Positions 50,197 to 61,108 of a stretch of DNA of 64,000 nucleotides are shown here, one piece after another (position 1 is the first letter of the stretch; every line of letters begins with the position of its first letter). This DNA is from an uncultured Acidobacteriota bacterium (GTDB taxonomy: Bacteria > Acidobacteriota > UBA6911 > RPQK01 > JAPXNP01), in NCBI GenBank assembly GCA_963777605.1, contig CAVZRV010000008.1, positions 96,001-160,000 of the forward strand, in the 5' to 3' direction. The translations under genes and the position numbers were made by a program. The notes under the pieces were generated by a model. It ran no database searches, was not told where the DNA came from, and saw only the letters and a list, made by a program, of their open reading frames with translations.

Positions 50197-52777
50197 ACCG
50201 CATCCGTGGCTCTTCGGCCTTCTTCAACGAGAAGGCGCGGACGATCCGCTCTCTCGAGGAACCATCGCCTGACCGCATCCCGATTACCCAGTGCGGTGCC
50301 CAACCCACGGAGAGGTCGTCGATCCGAACGTCCGTCCGGCGCGGGGCCACCTGGACCTCCTCGGTTTCCCCGGCAGCGGCTTCCCACTGCCGGGTGATCT
50401 TCTCGGTCTCATCCTTGAGTTCCTGTTCCACCTGGGAGATGTCACCGCGCAGCGTCTCAACCTTCCCTTCGGCCGACTCGCGCGCCATTTCGGCCGAGTT
50501 CTTGACTCGGTACTTGCTCATTGACGAAGAAGCCGCCCGCAGCGACCGCCGCCCCATGAACATGCCGAGAATGGACTCTCCAACCGAAACCAGCAACTCC
50601 CGCTTTCGAGCGCTTTCCTCCGCCTCTTTTTTGGACAGTGCCAACTCCGCCGTGCGCAACCTGTCCTGGAACTGGTCGATCTTCTTTTCGTAACGACTGG
50701 TCAGCTTGTCGACCTCCTGGTCCCGTGCTTCGCGGGCCACTTGAGTGAGCCGCATCGTGAATTCACGCCGGGACTCTCCGGGTCTGGAGTACTCCCGCAG
50801 CGTGGGGCTGTAGAAGAGTTGCAGCCTTCGGTTCCGATAGAGGTGGTCGGCCAGGTCCCGGCTGACGCGGTTGAGCTCGTTCGATTCGTTCACGAAGGCT
50901 GGAAGGCGCTCGAAGTGGGCTTCCGATTCCGGGCGGACAGCTTCACTTGATCGATCCTCCAGTTCGAACGCTTCCGACCAATCGGGAAGGCATTCCAGCT
51001 GAGAGACCCCGAGGAAAAGGAGGAAATTCTCGCGTTCGTCAACATTCCGTTTCTGGTCGAAAAAGCTGACGCTGCCTCGGGCCAGAACTCCCGGTCGATA
51101 GAGCAGCCCGGTCCGGGAGTCGCCCGCCTCGCTTGCGGCATCGGATTCAGCCTCGAGTCGGGCCGCGGCTGCGCTCACGGAAGGGACCAGGAAGGACTGC
51201 CTGATGCCGGGGGCGAGGGAAGGTGGCTGGATCGCATAGCCCGCAAGTAATCCTGGGAGCGTCTCCGGTTTGTGAACTGGGGCTGGACGGCCAAGCCCGG
51301 GGCCCGGTCCCGGATCCGTCACGGGAACTGGAACCGGGGATCGAGAGGAAGCCCTGACGTCGGGCTCGGTCCGAGATCGAACCAGGTCGGCCACCTGGGT
51401 TCTGGTCAAGGGCCCGCGGAGATAACTCATGGCCCAGCGGGTCTGAAACACTGTCGGAACATCCCGGTGAACGTCGTGGAGCAGAAAGACCCGATTTCCA
51501 AGCGCCGAGATCAAGTTCGACAGCTCTCGCCGACCCTCGGCTGTCCCTCCCCCGGCACTCGCTCCCAGTAGTCCGTCCAGGACCCGCTGCCGGTCACGAT
51601 CGGTCTGAAGCCGACCAATAAACCACGTGCCCGCGTTACTCAGCCCCTTGTAGTCCAGATCGACCGGATTCTGGGTTGCCAGGACCATGCCGATCCCGAA
51701 TGCCCGTGCCTGCTTGAGCAGCGTCAGCATCGGCTTCTTGCTGGGAGGGCTTGCGATCGGGGGGAAGAACCCGAAAATCTCATCCATGTAGACGATCGCA
51801 CGGAGACTGGAGGTCCCGGGTTGACCACGCATCCACCCGATGAGGCTGTTCAGCAACATGGTCACGAAAAAGTGCCGCTCCGCTTCGGTCAGGTGAGCGA
51901 TGTAGAAGATAGAGTGGCGAATCCGGCCATCCTCGCCGGCTAGAAAGTTGCCAATATCGAGGGGCTCTCCGTGAATCCAGCTGGCAAACCCGGGAGAAGC
52001 CAGGATGTTGTTTAAGAGCATCGCCAGTTCGAAACGGTCCTGAGGAGGGAAAAAGGTGTCAATGTCGAAAACTCCGAGACGGTCGAGGGGAGGCTTCTGA
52101 ATCGCGAGAATCAACTTCTGAAAATTGAGATCGGTTCCCTGGCGCCAGAAATATTCCAGGATATTCGAGATCAGGATGTGCTCCCGCGATCGAAGCGGAT
52201 CGGCATTGACCCCGATCAAGCCAAGAAGCGCACTTACCGTTCCCTCAATCCGCTCCCGCAGAATTTCTGCCTCGACGTCCCAGTCGAGCTTGGGACAGGC
52301 AAATGACTGGAGAACCGAAACCGGGATGCCGGACTCGCTTCCCGGGGTATAAATCCTGAAATCCGCAGTGTCCTGGAGCATCCGGATGCGGGCTCCGCTC
52401 TGTCCCCACTCGCCGAGACCGTTCCTCCACAGCTCCGCCTGGGCACCGGCATGCTCTTCAACCGACAACCCTTTCCGACGGGCATCGTCGGGGTTGACCC
52501 AGGGGAGAAAATCCTCGGGACGAAGTTCGGGAAATTGCAGCAACAGGTTGGTGATGTCCCCCTTCGGATCGATGATTAAGGCAGGAACCCGGTCGATCGC
52601 GGCTTCCTCCAGCAGGTCGATGCAGAGGCCGGTCTTGCCGCTGCCCGTCATCCCGAGGCAGACGGCGTGAGTAGTAAGGTCCCGCGCGTCATACATGACG
52701 AGCCGGTCGAGCAGACGCCCCTGGTCAAGGTCGTACTCTTTCCCCAGGTAAAAGGAACCCAGCTTCTCGAAATCCAT
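50177..52777 (-). CDS. HerA/FtsK-like (DUF87/DUF853) ATPase with a C-terminal coiled coil
   Basis: GMTGSGKT, IIDPKGD, YMDEIFGFFPP, LATQNPVDLDYK; RBS GGAGG before MDFEKLG. Confidence 0.85.
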   Translation of the reverse strand: MDFEKLGSFYLGKEYDLDQGRLLDRLVMYDARDLTTHAVCLGMTGSGKTGLCIDLLEEAAIDRVPALIIDPKGDITNLLLQFPELRPEDFLPWVNPDDARRKGLSVEEHAGAQAELWRNGLGEWGQSGARIRMLQDTADFRIYTPGSESGIPVSVLQSFACPKLDWDVEAEILRERIEGTVSALLGLIGVNADPLRSREHILISNILEYFWRQGTDLNFQKLILAIQKPPLDRLGVFDIDTFFPPQDRFELAMLLNNILASPGFASWIHGEPLDIGNFLAGEDGRIRHSIFYIAHLTEAERHFFVTMLLNSLIGWMRGQPGTSSLRAIVYMDEIFGFFPPIASPPSKKPMLTLLKQARAFGIGMVLATQNPVDLDYKGLSNAGTWFIGRLQTDRDRQRVLDGLLGASAGGGTAEGRRELSNLISALGNRVFLLHDVHRDVPTVFQTRWAMSYLRGPLTRTQVADLVRSRTEPDVRASSRSPVPVPVTDPGPGPGLGRPAPVHKPETLPGLLAGYAIQPPSLAPGIRQSFLVPSVSAAAARLEAESDAASEAGDSRTGLLYRPGVLARGSVSFFDQKRNVDERENFLLFLGVSQLECLPDWSEAFELEDRSSEAVRPESEAHFERLPAFVNESNELNRVSRDLADHLYRNRRLQLFYSPTLREYSRPGESRREFTMRLTQVAREARDQEVDKLTSRYEKKIDQFQDRLRTAELALSKKEAEESARKRELLVSVGESILGMFMGRRSLRAASSSMSKYRVKNSAEMARESAEGKVETLRGDISQVEQELKDETEKITRQWEAAAGETEEVQVAPRRTDVRIDDLSVGWAPHWVIGMRSGDGSSRERIVRAFSLKKAEEPRMRFTGPAT

Positions 52778-53072
52778 ACCCATAACCTCCAAACTGTTCC
52801 AGCAATTTGCCGATAAAACCATTCGACAGGAGTGGAGCCGAATATACCGAATTGGCAAGGTTGTGAGAACCGCCCAGTAAGAAGAAGTAATGTCCGGTTC
52901 CAGCTTGCAGTTTCGCGTGGAGAAAGAACCTGTGAATCTGAAATCGTGAGACGGAAATCGGTTCCGCCCAGTCGATTCAGCCGATTTGGTACCAGCGGCT
53001 ATCTGGGGGAGAATAGGCGAAGTCTTTCCCTGTCGGGCTCTTTCCCCGGGAGAGGACTGGAGGTAGAGCATT

Positions 53073-55100
53073 TTGTTATCGAATCGTCGCTATCCGGTTT
53101 TCAGCGGGATCTTTTCAGCACTGATCCCCATCCCGGTGCTGGTGGCAGCCTGTTACGGCGGGCTGCTTCAACTGCCGGAGTGGATCGCGGGCACTGCTGT
53201 GATTGCCAGCGTGTCCTTTCTGCTGGCAGCAATTATGATCCAGCGGAAGCCGGACCAGGCGCGTTTCATGGCCTTGCTCGGGATCGCCGGGCTGGTCGCC
53301 TTACTGGCCGGCCGGCTCTTCGATGCCCCGGGACGTGCGCTGGCACTTGCCTCGCTGACGATTGTCGGAACCTACGTGATCTGGCAACACTCCCGGTCCG
53401 TCAGAATAGTCGAAGGAATGCTCGAAATTCGGACCGCCGATCGGGCTCGCGCCGCCGGCTTCACGGTGATCGGGCTCTGGCTCGTGATCTGGCTTACGCT
53501 TTCCGAGGCTCACCGGGACGCCACGGTGATCTGGTTCTCGGTCTCGATCCTGATTTCTCTGATATTCCTCCTGATTTGGGTCGCACAGGCGAGGCATTCA
53601 AACCCGATTCGCGCGGTTGTGGTTGGCGGGCTTCTGAGTGTTGCGTTGCTCGGAACGGCATCGCTTTGGGGCCACTGGTGGCAGATGGCAAACCTTGGTG
53701 CCTTGGCGGTAACCGTTGCGGCAGCGGCTCTGCCCAGGCTCCGGCTCCGTTCCGACATTCAACTTCTGGCCTGGTGGGAACCGATCCTCGGACACCCTGA
53801 ACGCCTCCTGGGGGCAACCTTCCTCGGATTGTGCCTGGTCGGGACCGTGTTACTGGCTCTTCCCGTCTGCTCGAATTCGGGAAACGGGGTAAGTGCCGTC
53901 GATGCCGCTTTCACGGCCGTCAGTGCCGTCTGCGTGACGGGCCTGATCGTGCTCGACACTCCAATCGATTTCACAGGGTTTGGACAGGTGGTCATACTTT
54001 TCCTGATCCAGCTCGGCGGTCTTGGAATTATGACCTTCTCGACAGTGGCCATGCAGTTGTTGGGGCGGAAAATGAGCCTGCGCCAGGAAGAAGTTGTTGC
54101 CGGGCTTTTTTCTGTCAAGGACCGGAGCCGTCTCTTCAGCACAGCCGGGACTATCCTGCTATTTACATTCGCGGCGGAATTTGCTGGAGCGGCCTTTCTC
54201 GCAGTTCAGTTCGTTCTCCGGGGAGACCCTCTCTCGACGGCTCTCTGGAGGGCGACGTTCACTTCCGTTTCCGCATTCTGTAACGCCGGCTTCGCACTCC
54301 AGAGCACGAGCCTGATCCCATTCCAGCGGGACGCTGGAATCCTCCACGTCGTGGCGCTCCTGATCATTGCCGGCGGACTGTCTCCGGCCGCGGTGCTGGC
54401 CCTGCCCCGGCTCAAGAAGCGTGCTTCCGACCCCGTCTCGATCCAGATCCGGATCGCCGTAATTTCCACGGTAGTTTTGTTGCTGGTCGGCTTCCTTTAC
54501 ATTCTGGCTTCGGAATGGTCCAGTGCGCTTGCGGGGATGACTGTCTGGGACCGTCTCAACAATGCCTGGTTCCAGTCGGTAACGCTTCGCACCGCTGGTT
54601 TCAACTCGGTCGACTTCGCTCTTCTGCGACCGGCCACCATCACTCTGATGATCGTGTTCATGTTCATCGGAGGAAGTCCCGGGGGTACCGCGGGAGGCAT
54701 CAAGACGACAACCCTCGCCGTTCTCCTGCTTTCGGTCGGCACGGTTATCCGGGGCCGTTCTTCCGTGACCGTGTACGGAAGAACGATCCCACATCGAGTC
54801 ATCTACAAGGCGGCCGCGATCACGACCGCCGGGGTGGCCGCACTGTTGCTCGGAGTGATCCTGATCCAGGTGACTCAGACTCTTTCTCCGTTGGTGGCCC
54901 TGTTCGAGGTCACCTCGGCCCTGGGAACCGTGGGTCTTTCCCTCGGGGGCACGGCGCTGCTGGACGGCGTCGGAAAGGGGATAATCATTGTGGCGATGTT
55001 TGCGGGAAGGGTAGGGCCGCTGACTCTGTTCATGTTCTTGAGTCACCGGAGCCGGGAAGCCGAATGGCGCTACCCTGAGGAGGAAATTAACGTCGGATAG
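53073..55100 (+). CDS. ktrB: KtrB/TrkH potassium uptake membrane subunit with an extra N-terminal multi-TM domain
   Basis: Four pore loops SAVCVTGL, SAFCNAGF, RTAGF, SALGTVGLS; MFIGGSPGGTAGGIKTTT; GRVGPL. Confidence 0.92.
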   Translation: MLSNRRYPVFSGIFSALIPIPVLVAACYGGLLQLPEWIAGTAVIASVSFLLAAIMIQRKPDQARFMALLGIAGLVALLAGRLFDAPGRALALASLTIVGTYVIWQHSRSVRIVEGMLEIRTADRARAAGFTVIGLWLVIWLTLSEAHRDATVIWFSVSILISLIFLLIWVAQARHSNPIRAVVVGGLLSVALLGTASLWGHWWQMANLGALAVTVAAAALPRLRLRSDIQLLAWWEPILGHPERLLGATFLGLCLVGTVLLALPVCSNSGNGVSAVDAAFTAVSAVCVTGLIVLDTPIDFTGFGQVVILFLIQLGGLGIMTFSTVAMQLLGRKMSLRQEEVVAGLFSVKDRSRLFSTAGTILLFTFAAEFAGAAFLAVQFVLRGDPLSTALWRATFTSVSAFCNAGFALQSTSLIPFQRDAGILHVVALLIIAGGLSPAAVLALPRLKKRASDPVSIQIRIAVISTVVLLLVGFLYILASEWSSALAGMTVWDRLNNAWFQSVTLRTAGFNSVDFALLRPATITLMIVFMFIGGSPGGTAGGIKTTTLAVLLLSVGTVIRGRSSVTVYGRTIPHRVIYKAAAITTAGVAALLLGVILIQVTQTLSPLVALFEVTSALGTVGLSLGGTALLDGVGKGIIIVAMFAGRVGPLTLFMFLSHRSREAEWRYPEEEINVG

Positions 55101-55108
55101 GAACGAAC

Positions 55109-55762
55109 ATGGCAAAACAGGCAATTGTTATCGGACTCGGTCACTTTGGGCTTTCCCTCGTCCGCGCGCTGTCGGAGCGATCGGTTGAAGTGCTCGCAAT
55201 CGACATCTCCGAAGATCGGGTTCGGCTGGCTTCGACCTTTGCGGCTGAGGCAGTTTCGTTTGACGCGACCGATGAGGAAGCGCTGTCCAGGACGTCCCCC
55301 GCACGAAGAGACCTGTGCATCTGCGCCATCGGGGAAGAATCCCGGGAGTCTTCGATCATCTGCACCGCGCTGCTGCGTCAAATGGGTGCTCCCCGGGTCA
55401 TTTCCCGTGCCAGCGACGATCTTCACGAACGGATCCTGAAACTGGTCGGCGCCCACCAGGTGGTCAACCCGGAGAGACAGTTCGGTGAGAATTTCGCCAG
55501 CCAGGTCCTCCAGGAAACCGTGACCGGCGAACTCGATCTCGGCGGAGGGCTGGTCATCAGCGAAATCAAAGCGCCCGAGATGATTCTCGGTCATTCCCTG
55601 TCCAAGCTGCAACTCCCCCGCCGATTCGGAGTCACCGTGGTTGCCATTCGCCGCGACCAGAAGATTCGCCTGCCCGAAGCCAATGAGTCGTTGAAGGCCG
55701 GCGACGGGCTGATCGTCGTCGCCCGCGAAGGCGCCATCAGCCGCCTCATGGAACGGAGATAG
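55109..55762 (+). CDS. ktrA: KtrA/TrkA regulatory subunit (RCK_N and RCK_C)
   Basis: VIGLGHFG, LKLVGAHQVVNPE, FGVTVVAIRR. Confidence 0.92.
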   Translation: MAKQAIVIGLGHFGLSLVRALSERSVEVLAIDISEDRVRLASTFAAEAVSFDATDEEALSRTSPARRDLCICAIGEESRESSIICTALLRQMGAPRVISRASDDLHERILKLVGAHQVVNPERQFGENFASQVLQETVTGELDLGGGLVISEIKAPEMILGHSLSKLQLPRRFGVTVVAIRRDQKIRLPEANESLKAGDGLIVVAREGAISRLMERR

Positions 55763-55765
55763 ATC

Positions 55766-56755
55766 ATGGAATTGCGCCGCTATTTCCTGATCGGAGTGGG
55801 ATCGCTGGTCGTATTCAACCTGCTGCTGGCGTTCGGCTCCGTTGGTCTCCTGAGCCGCATGAGCCCTGCCATCCTCGAAATTCTTGAGGAAAATGTGGTC
55901 TCCATATCGGCCGCTGAGACAATGCTGGCGGTCCTCGCCACTCCGAAGGCGGAATCCAGCCTGGGAAGTGACGGCACGAAGCGGTTCAAGACAGCCCTTT
56001 CCCGCGCGCGCGAGAATGTCACAGAACCCGATGAAGTCCCGGTGCTCAACGAGATCGAAGCCAATACCGACGCGGCTTTGGCGGGCAATGCCGATGCAAT
56101 TTCACTGGTAGTCAGCCGTCTTCTGCTTCTGTCCCAGATCAACCGACAGGCGATGGCCCAGGCGGATGCCGAAGCCCAGCGGATTGGGGTTGCCGGTGCC
56201 TGGGTTGCAGTGTTGCTCTTCATCGTTTCGGTGGTGATCAGTTTGTTCGTGATCCGGGGCCTGGAGAAGCGATTCGTGGATCCGCTTACCGAGTTGCACG
56301 ATGTTCTCCTGGCAGTCCAGCAGGGCGAAAAACACCGGCGCTGTTATGCCGAGGACCCTCCTCCCCAGGTCAAACACGTCATGGACTCAGTAAACGGGTT
56401 GCTGTCGCGCGTCTTTGATCCGACCTCCGAGGAGCCCCCGCCGCAGGACCTGGACGATTCCGCGTTGGAGCGGACTGCCCTGATTCACTTCCTGGAGACG
56501 CTCAGCCGGGCAGCCGTGGTCGTCGACAAGACCGGCCGCCTGGTGGCCTCCAACCAGGAGGCGCTCATCGTCCTCAGCGGCAGCGACCGGGATGGCTTCC
56601 TGGAGAGTATGCAGCAACTGGTCCGGGACGGGACAGCTCCGAAGTCACTCGATGCCGTGCAACTGGGAACAGACGGCTGGCTCTGCATCCGGGAACGCGT
56701 GATCCGCGGGAGTCAGAGCAGCGCTGCGGTGACCCAGGACAACCCGACCGGGTGA
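55766..56755 (+). CDS. 2-TM sensor-like protein (four-helix periplasmic domain, HAMP-like, PAS-like stub) without a kinase domain
   Basis: TM1, ILEENVVSISAAETM..ARENVTEPDE, TM2, PLTEL, AVVVDKTGRLVASN; no H-box or HATPase motifs. Confidence 0.7.
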   Translation: MELRRYFLIGVGSLVVFNLLLAFGSVGLLSRMSPAILEILEENVVSISAAETMLAVLATPKAESSLGSDGTKRFKTALSRARENVTEPDEVPVLNEIEANTDAALAGNADAISLVVSRLLLLSQINRQAMAQADAEAQRIGVAGAWVAVLLFIVSVVISLFVIRGLEKRFVDPLTELHDVLLAVQQGEKHRRCYAEDPPPQVKHVMDSVNGLLSRVFDPTSEEPPPQDLDDSALERTALIHFLETLSRAAVVVDKTGRLVASNQEALIVLSGSDRDGFLESMQQLVRDGTAPKSLDAVQLGTDGWLCIRERVIRGSQSSAAVTQDNPTG

Positions 56756-56782
56756 AACGCCGACTCTGCTACACTGCCTCCA

Positions 56783-58862
56783 ATGCCCCACCACAAAGAG
56801 AACCGGCTCGCTCGGGAGTCCAGTCCCTATTTGCTGCAGCATGCCCGCAATCCGGTCGAATGGTACGCGTGGGGAGACGAAGCACTTCAGGCTGCCCGTG
56901 ACCTGGACCGTCCCATCCTTTTGAGCATCGGCTACTCGAGCTGTCACTGGTGTCATGTGATGGAACGTGAGTCGTTCGAAGACGAGGAAACGGCTCGACT
57001 GATGAACGATCGGTTCATCAACGTCAAGATTGACCGGGAGGAACGACCCGACCTCGATTCCATATACATGGGTTTCGTGCAGATGACGACCGGTCACGGA
57101 GGATGGCCTCTCACCGTATTTCTCAGCCCTGACCTGGTGCCTTTCTTCGGTGGGACCTACTTTCCTCCGCAAGATCTTCCAGGCCGGCCTGGATTCAGGA
57201 CCGTGCTTGACGGCGTTGCGAGCTACTACCAGGGGCACCGGCAAGAAGTGGCTCAGGGGAGAGGCGAGATCGTTCGTGTCCTGGAACGCAGTGACTACCT
57301 CGATGAACGGGGAATCCCTCCGCACGAGGGGATCCTGAAAAGGGCAGCAGACGGCTTAATGAGTCGTTTCGACTCGCTTAACGGCGGCTTTGGCGGAGCT
57401 CCAAAGTTTCCCCCGGCCATGAGTCTCGGCTTCCTGATGCGAGCTTACACGCGCAGTCGGGATCGCAGCCAGCTAGCCGCAGTCGAAATGACCCTCGATC
57501 GAATGGTTCAGGGAGGAATGTACGACCAAGCTTGGTGGAGGGTTTCACCGGTACTCGGTGGACGAACGCTGGTTCGCCCCTCATTTTGAAAAGATGCTGT
57601 ACGACAATGCCCTGCTTTGCCGTACTTACCTGGAAGCTTTCCAGTTGACCGGAAAACCTCGCTACCGGGAAGTTGTCGAAGAGACTCTCTCTTATGTCCA
57701 GACCACGATGACCCACCCTGACGGCGGCTTCTTCTCTGCCGAGGACGCCGACAGTGAAGGCGAAGAGGGACGGTTTTACACCTGGTCGGAAGAGGAACTC
57801 GTCTCCTGCCTTGGTTCTAAGGCGGCCCGGTTGGCGACCGCTGCTTACGGTGTCGAACCGGGTGGGAACTGGGAAGGGAAGAATATCCTTTGCAGGCGCG
57901 ATTCGCTGGAGTCTGTGGCGACAAGACTGGGAGAGTCGACAGAGTCTGTCGCCGACCAATTCAATGAAATCCGGAAGGCCCTCTTTGACCACAGGGCTTC
58001 CCGGGTCCGGCCCGGGTTGGACGACAAAGTCCTCACCTCCTGGAACGGCCTGATGTTAACCGCGTTCTGCGAAGCTGCTTTTGTCCTCGAGAACTCCCAA
58101 TTCCTCGAGACCGCCAATCGTAACGCCAACTTCCTCGTTCGTGAAATGGTCCAGGAGGGGAGGTTGATGCGCACCTGGAGGTCGGGTCGGGCAAAGCTGA
58201 ACGGATACCTGGAAGACTACTCCCATGTTGTTGAGGCCTTCTTGACGCTCTTCCAGGTCACCGGAGAATCACGCTGGCTCGACAAAGCCGAGGAACTGAC
58301 CGAGGCTCAGATCGGCCTCTTCTTCGACCGCGAGGCCGGCGACTTCTACTTCACCGCCGCCGACCACGAAGAACTGCTGATCCGCCCCAAAGAACACTAC
58401 GATAATGCCACCCCCAGCGGGAATTCGACAACGGCAATCAACCTGCTGCAACTGGGCAATCTCACCGGGAACTCCGGGTACGCTGAGATGGCGCAACGAA
58501 TGTTGGCGCGGATGACCGGGACGCTTTCCCGTTACCCGTCGGCATTCAGCAATTGGCTCAAGGCGCTGGATTTCCAGCTTGGCCCGGTAGCCGAGATCGT
58601 GATCCTGGGCCCCGAAGAAGCCCGGCGGCCACTGGAAGCGGTAATCCGAAGCTCTTATCTTCCTCGGAAGGTTCTGATCAGGGCTGACTCGTCAGCAGGA
58701 TTCTCCGCCTTGCCGGTTCTCGAGGGGAAGCATGCGCCAACCGGGCACGCGCTCGCCTTCGTGTGCGAGGCCTACTCCTGCAAGGAGCCGGTCTCGGACC
58801 CGGCTCGACTCAAGCAACAACTCGGGATTCCGCCGGAAACAGCGAAGACTTCGGCTGACTGA
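56783..58862 (+). CDS. yyaL: DUF255/YyaL thioredoxin-domain protein, split by an apparent insertion near 57528
   Basis: [37 protein letters not shown]; the repaired junction reads [14 protein letters not shown]; [20 protein letters not shown]. Confidence 0.92.
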
Positions 58863-58908
58863 CCGGGTGCTCCCCGCTTGGCTGGCCGATATCGACTACA
58901 CTGTCTGC

Positions 58909-59678
58909 ATGCTGGCAGCGACCTGGAACGTCAACGGCCTCAGGGCACGATACGAGTTCTTTGTTCACTGGTTGCGAGAACGACGCCCCGACGTCGTGGC
59001 CCTTCAGGAGCTAAACTGACGGAAGATCAGTTCCCGTTCGAGGAACTGACCAGCGAAGGGTATCACGCAACCATCCTCGGGCAGAAGGCCTGGAACGGAG
59101 TGGCCGTGGTCAGCCGCGAACCGGGGGAAGTTGTTCAACTGGGTCTCCCCGGAGACGAACAGATGGGAGCACGCCTCGTGGCTGCCCGCGTCGGTGGGGT
59201 CGCCGTGATCTCGGTTTATTGCCCGAACGGGAAGAACCTGGAACATCCCGATTTCAAGAAAAAGCTCCACTGGTTCGACCTCCTCCAGAAATTCCTTGAG
59301 TCCACCTTCACTCAGGGAGATGATCTGCTCCTCTGCGGCGATTTCAACATCTGCCCCACTCCGCTCGACAGCTGGAACGAGGAGGGCCTCGAAGGCACCA
59401 TCTTCCATACCGAAGTGGAACGTACGCGAGTTGAATCACTCCTCGACTGGGGCCTCTTTGACCTCTTTCGCGCCCTTCATCCCGCCGAGAAGGTATTTTC
59501 ATGGTGGGACTATAGGGGCGGCGCGTTCCACAAGAACCAGGGCCTGAGGATCGACCTCATCCTCGGAACTCAGAGCCTGGCGAATCGAGTCGCTGCGTCC
59601 GGGACGGACCGGGAATATCGAAAGAAAAAGGGCGACCTGACTCCTTCCGACCACGCCCCGGTTCTGGTCGAACTCTGA
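58909..59678 (+). CDS. xth: Exodeoxyribonuclease III, split by an apparent 1-nt deletion near 59013
   Basis: ATWNVNG, LQE, NGVA, VYCPNG, GDFN, SWWDYR, RID, SDHAP. Confidence 0.92.
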
Positions 59679-59776
59679 GCCGGCGGTTTGCCATCGGGAC
59701 TCGCCCGCTGTAAAATTAATGGTTCTTACAGGCTGGCCGAACTAACCCTGTATAATAGGGGTCTGGAGAAAAGATT

Positions 59777-59869
59777 ATGAGTGGAGTTCTCAAGAAGAAG
59801 AGAAAGCGTCGCGGTAAGCTGCGCCGGAAGCGCCGCCACCGCATCAGAAAGAATTCACACGCCAAGTAA
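59777..59869 (+). CDS. 30-aa highly basic protein, AURKAIP1/COX24/bS22-like
   Basis: MSGVLKKKRKRRGKLRRKRRHRIRKNSHAK; RBS GGAG 8 nt upstream, TATAAT at 59751, hairpin at 59877-59918. Confidence 0.7.
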   Translation: MSGVLKKKRKRRGKLRRKRRHRIRKNSHAK

Positions 59870-60289
59870 GAAGCCTGGCAGAGGAAAGACTCCGTGAGCA
59901 TCCACGGTTTTCCTTGCCGCATGGGATCTGGGCGCTATGGTGCGCTTCTGCCCAGCGGCTGCTGCTTTGGCTGTTGCCTGTCGCATTCACACGCGCAGGG
60001 ACAGTTTTGGTGTGTCTTTAGAACCCGGAAAGGGACTCCTCCGTTGTCAGTCGCTGTTGTCGCCTGACAGCGGATGGGTCTCCGTACCCGGGTCATTTCT
60101 GCGTTCCACCCCATAAGGTAGCTCCAACGATGTACCCGCCTCGCACGCTTTTCGGAGGAGTGGCGCAGGTCCGATTTGAGCTCCCCACCGCGGACGTGAC
60201 GCCAGTCACAGGCGAATTTCCGCGAATACCCCACACTGCTTCTCGAGCTTCGGTGAGCCTGGCGTGCTCACCTGAAGGGGGAGTTTCCG

Positions 60290-61108
60290 ATGAGATGCAG
60301 TGGTGGTCCAGAAAGCTGTCGCCGGCGCGCCCGCAGGTGGTCGAGAGGGATGTTGTGTGCCCTCCTTCTGCTGATTTGTACGTTTGGGGATCAGACCCGG
60401 CTCATGGCCACGAAAGTCGTCGACGTCCGGGTTTCTTTGCAGGACCGCTTTCTGCGGTTTGTTTTCAACGCAGACGGCCCTGTGATGGTTGATCAACCCG
60501 TCCTCGACAGCCAAAACGTGATCCTCCTTCCTTTTCCCGGAATGACGGTTCGTACCGATGCATCCGGTTTCTGGAAGCCCTTGCCCGGGGTCGAGTCGAT
60601 TCGGTTCTATGACTGGAACCCTGTCACAGTGGCTCGCATCTCACTCCGTTTCCCGGTTACCGAAAGCCGAGTATTTACCCTTGCGAATCCCAATCGCGTC
60701 GTCCTGGATCTCTATGTCGACCCTGAGACTTATGCGGCGCTCGCGGCACAGGATGATCTGTCCTCAATCGACGAGGTGAGTCCGCAGGCACCAGTCGCCA
60801 GCCGCCCAGATGCAACCATGCTCCGCGAAGAACCTGCGGAGGCCTCCAGCATTCCGCTGGACGGGTGGTTGTCCCCGCAGGATTCTTACCAATACCGTTC
60901 GGCGGTCCTCCTGCTGGGCGGTTTGCTTCTCCTGGGGATCATCGCGTCGGTTCTGCTGTCGATTCGGAAGGGGAAGACCTGGCCTGACTGGACCCGTTCC
61001 TCACTTGAACGGGCACCGTCAGAAATCGACCTAATTGAACTCGACTCTATGATTCAACGCGAAATGGACCGATATGAAAGGCTGAGCCGGTTGGAGCAGT
61101 CGAAATGA
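60290..61108 (+). CDS. AMIN-domain envelope protein with a C-terminal TM segment
   Basis: Signal-like segment, VVDVRV..RFVF, RVFTLANPNRVVLDL (AMIN signature), TM VLLLGGLLLLGIIASVLLSI. Start uncertain. Confidence 0.7.
   Translation: MRCSGGPESCRRRARRWSRGMLCALLLLICTFGDQTRLMATKVVDVRVSLQDRFLRFVFNADGPVMVDQPVLDSQNVILLPFPGMTVRTDASGFWKPLPGVESIRFYDWNPVTVARISLRFPVTESRVFTLANPNRVVLDLYVDPETYAALAAQDDLSSIDEVSPQAPVASRPDATMLREEPAEASSIPLDGWLSPQDSYQYRSAVLLLGGLLLLGIIASVLLSIRKGKTWPDWTRSSLERAPSEIDLIELDSMIQREMDRYERLSRLEQSK

Noticed and set aside
59870-60290. c-di-GMP riboswitch upstream of the PilZ operon
   Set aside because: I could not find the GEMM consensus; only a generic hairpin and an inverted repeat are visible.
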